Positions 61,308 to 64,000 of a stretch of DNA of 64,000 nucleotides are shown here, piece by piece; positions within the stretch are counted from its first letter, which is position 1, and every line of letters begins with the position of its first letter. Both the position numbers and the translations under genes were made by a program. This stretch comes from Marsupella aquatica (taxonomy: Eukaryota; Plantae; Marchantiophyta). The notes under the pieces were generated by a model. It was given only the letters and a program-made list of their open reading frames with translations. It had not been told where the DNA came from and ran no database searches. The stretch is from positions 22,270,558 to 22,334,557 of the forward strand of contig OZ316895.1 of the NCBI GenBank assembly GCA_973895155.1, written 5' to 3'.

Positions 61308-62585
61308 TGCAGGTTTTATATCTGAGCATCTTGACCAACATCAAGAATGGAAACTTCCAGATACAATCCAGAGCTTTAAAGGTAGCTAACGAAATATTGC
61401 TGCAATGTCCTTAGGCATATCTCCTTCTGCACAGCCCATCGTCAAGCACCTAATCCCCCATGCCAAATTTCACTCCCCAGGTTCAACGCCAGCACTTTAC
61501 TCTGTTAGTGTCCCTGCCAACCTTTCTCAAAACAGTACCCTTCATCACCTCGAAACTGTGTGCAACTCCTTTGGGTCGCATCTCCTACTAGGAGGCGCTC
61601 GGTTAGCCAAGTTGGTTTTTACAGGGCAATTTTCAACTAACAGAATTCATGCCGCAAGACTATATAATCTTGTCAAGGGCATCTGTTTTTGAGACGCTAG
61701 AAATAAATTTAATTTCACATAGAGGGTTGACCTTAGTGTTAATTCGAGAATTACGGAAATTGTCGATGCTCGCAAATGAAACCACACAAACAGCCATAGC
61801 TTGATTTGCAGAAATACTACTGCCCTCCCTCTTTAGAAGTACTTCAGTAAGAAGACATGCGGAAATCCTAAGAAGACTGTCGGCAAAACTACTAAACATT
61901 GCGAGATTGTCATAGAAACACTAATTTGTGTCAGGAAGAGGACATATTGGACATGTATTGCAACCGTCTTTATAACTTAAGCGTAACACCCCAAGACGAT
62001 GATCAGGTGAAGTCTGGATAAAGGACCAGCCCGCAAAAGCAGTTTCACAGCGGAACAAAGGTATAACCAGCAATACAGCGAAAATCGAAGATGTGGTCGA
62101 ATGACAATCAGCGATCCATAACAGATGTTCCTTGGTCGAGGTAGGAATGGACCAGATCATGATAATCACCACAAAAATAACTGCGATTGAAACTTGATGA
62201 CCAGGCCATAGACACTTTATTGATGACTATACAACAACCTCTCTACCTTCGAGCAGAACAGAGAGCCACAATTTTCGTAAGCCTCGTTACAGGGCTGTTC
62301 AATCGAGTAAGGCACAAAAGATAGATTGTGAGCTCCCAAACTGATCCCAGTGTGAGTTACAGTCCACTGGCCCCATACAGAGTACACCACAGCTCCATGT
62401 TTCGCAGATTCACGTTCGATCATGTCAAGCCCCAGTGGCTCTCAATACGCCATATGGTACACACTAAGCGTTATCACCAGCCTCCATATTTACCTTTCAT
62501 ACTTCTAATACTTCCAATAGTTAACCACCTACCAAATCACAACTCCATTTGAGTCCCTAATGCACCCTGACGTGGTCTATCAGTT

Positions 62586-64000
62586 CTACCGTGGGCCGGC
62601 AGGAGCTGCTTGAGGTCCTGGCCTTGCATATTGCGCCCTTTGAGCTCTCGATTGTGCTAGCATCTCATCATAGTTCTGCCAAACAAGCAAAGATCAGAGG
62701 TAAGAGCAAAGCGACATGCAGTCATTATGTAAAAGGTTTTCTGCTCAACTCAACCTCCAGTTCGAACACAAAATGATTCTTGATGATCTAGCAGTCAACA
62801 TAGGAGTATCCCATTCAAACCTGCTGAGCACGAAGAAGAGCAATACAGAACAGAAATTTCCACATAAAAGAAGAAACCCTTGCATAGATATGCCAGTTCA
62901 GTGTAAGCATACCCTTCTCTCCATTGCAACTCCCCTGCTTTCGATGACCTTGTCAGCAAGACCATACTCTATAGCTTCTTGAGCCCTGAAGTATTTGGGC
63001 CTCTTAACGTCTTGCGCAATTTCATCGTAGCTCTTGCCAGTACCCTTTGATAGCAAGTCCACATAGTAGTCTGTGTTTGCATCTAGTTCCTTTGCCTGCA
63101 GCAAAACCAGTAACAAAACTCTGTCTCAAAATAGAAACCAAAAACAAACTTCCAATGTACTCTTCAAATAAGAGCCATCAGGGGGTCAGCATTCACCATC
63201 TAGCAAAATGACTGCAAGCCACCTTTATGAAGAGCTGCGCACTATCTGCCATGAGCAAGGAACAACCAATCAGACATGACAAACTTGCAAACATGGAACT
63301 CGCAGGCTCCTCACACACCTTGATCCACATGTCAATAGCTGGACCTTGAGACGAATTCACCTTCGGAGAATAAATCTTAGCTGCATGCCGAATACGTTTT
63401 GTGTAAGTCATTCACACGTACATGTGGTAACAAGGAACGGAGAACTTCATGAAAATTCCAGATTTCAACACTAGCATTTCACCAATATATCCTGGTGTAC
63501 TTACTAACGGAATTGGGTTGGACTGCACGGTAACCCTTCGTGCCAATGGAAAGCAACATCGCTGCTTGCCCAAAGGCTTGTCCACAATTGACTGTGTATA
63601 CATCAGCTTTTACATACTGCGACAAAAGAAACACATGACCGGTATCAAACCTCCGACAAAAGCCATATCAGTAGGCCACCATTCCGGTTACGGCCAGGAC
63701 TTGGCCAAACATCTGTCATAACTGTGACTTGTGGGCAACAAACACTACAATTAGTCCTACAACAGCAACGATCGACGTGGAAAAAGGGAGTTCATCCAAA
63801 TGATGAGTTAAATTTAACAAAAAAGACCCTTGTGGAGTGAACATTGTCACGAATGAATCCATTTACTCATTCCCCGGGCCTCGTAGGTAAATGATTAAAA
63901 GCCATAAACAGACCACAGAGCAGCCCGAATTTGACATCTCAAAGATATATCGTACCTTGATTGTGTCAGCAATACAGTAAGCTTCGGTTTCGAATCCAAT
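62586..64000 (-). CDS. CLPR1: Plastid Clp protease non-catalytic subunit ClpR1-like, 3' part. Exons >64000-63956, 63616-63505, 63380-63319, 63095-62913, 62675-62586
   Basis: Spliced: IGFETEAYCIADTIK-YVKADVYTVNCGQAFGQAAMLLSIGTKGYRAVQPNSVTKIYSPKV...AIDMWIKAKELDANTDYYVDLLSKGTGKS...KRPKY...AIEYGLADK...AAPAGPR*. The catalytic Ser position is replaced (AFGQA), as in ClpR proteins. The gene starts beyond the window. Confidence 0.92.

Overview
Eukaryotic land-plant nuclear DNA with spliceosomal GT-AG introns and plant-specific gene families. Compact introns and diverged proteins suggest a non-seed plant such as a bryophyte, but that is inference. Seven protein-coding genes can be modelled by hand: (1) an 8-exon tandem two-domain universal stress protein (9710-13418, +); (2) an 11-exon plastid RNase E/G with a CBM20-like domain and three 90-aa Arg-rich repeats (17911-23638, +); (3) an intronless GRAS transcription factor (29661-32018, -); (4) a 4-exon Vma12/TMEM199 V-ATPase assembly factor (44779-46414, -); (5) an intronless MRS2/CorA Mg2+ channel with a C-terminal EF-hand-like pair (50018-51880, +); (6) a stand-alone SPT16 N-terminal-domain ORF (56982-58268, +), preceded by a decayed SPT16 copy (~54940-55850); (7) the 3' part of plastid ClpR1 (62586->64000, -). 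Intergenic DNA holds LINE and hAT-like remnants, a solo LTR with a perfect 5-bp TSD, and many short tandem duplications. No rRNA, tRNA or CRISPR array was recognised. The best candidates for new biology are the EF-hand-fused MRS2, the truncated but open SPT16-NTD, and the repeat-expanded RNase E. All family assignments come from remembered motifs, not database searches.
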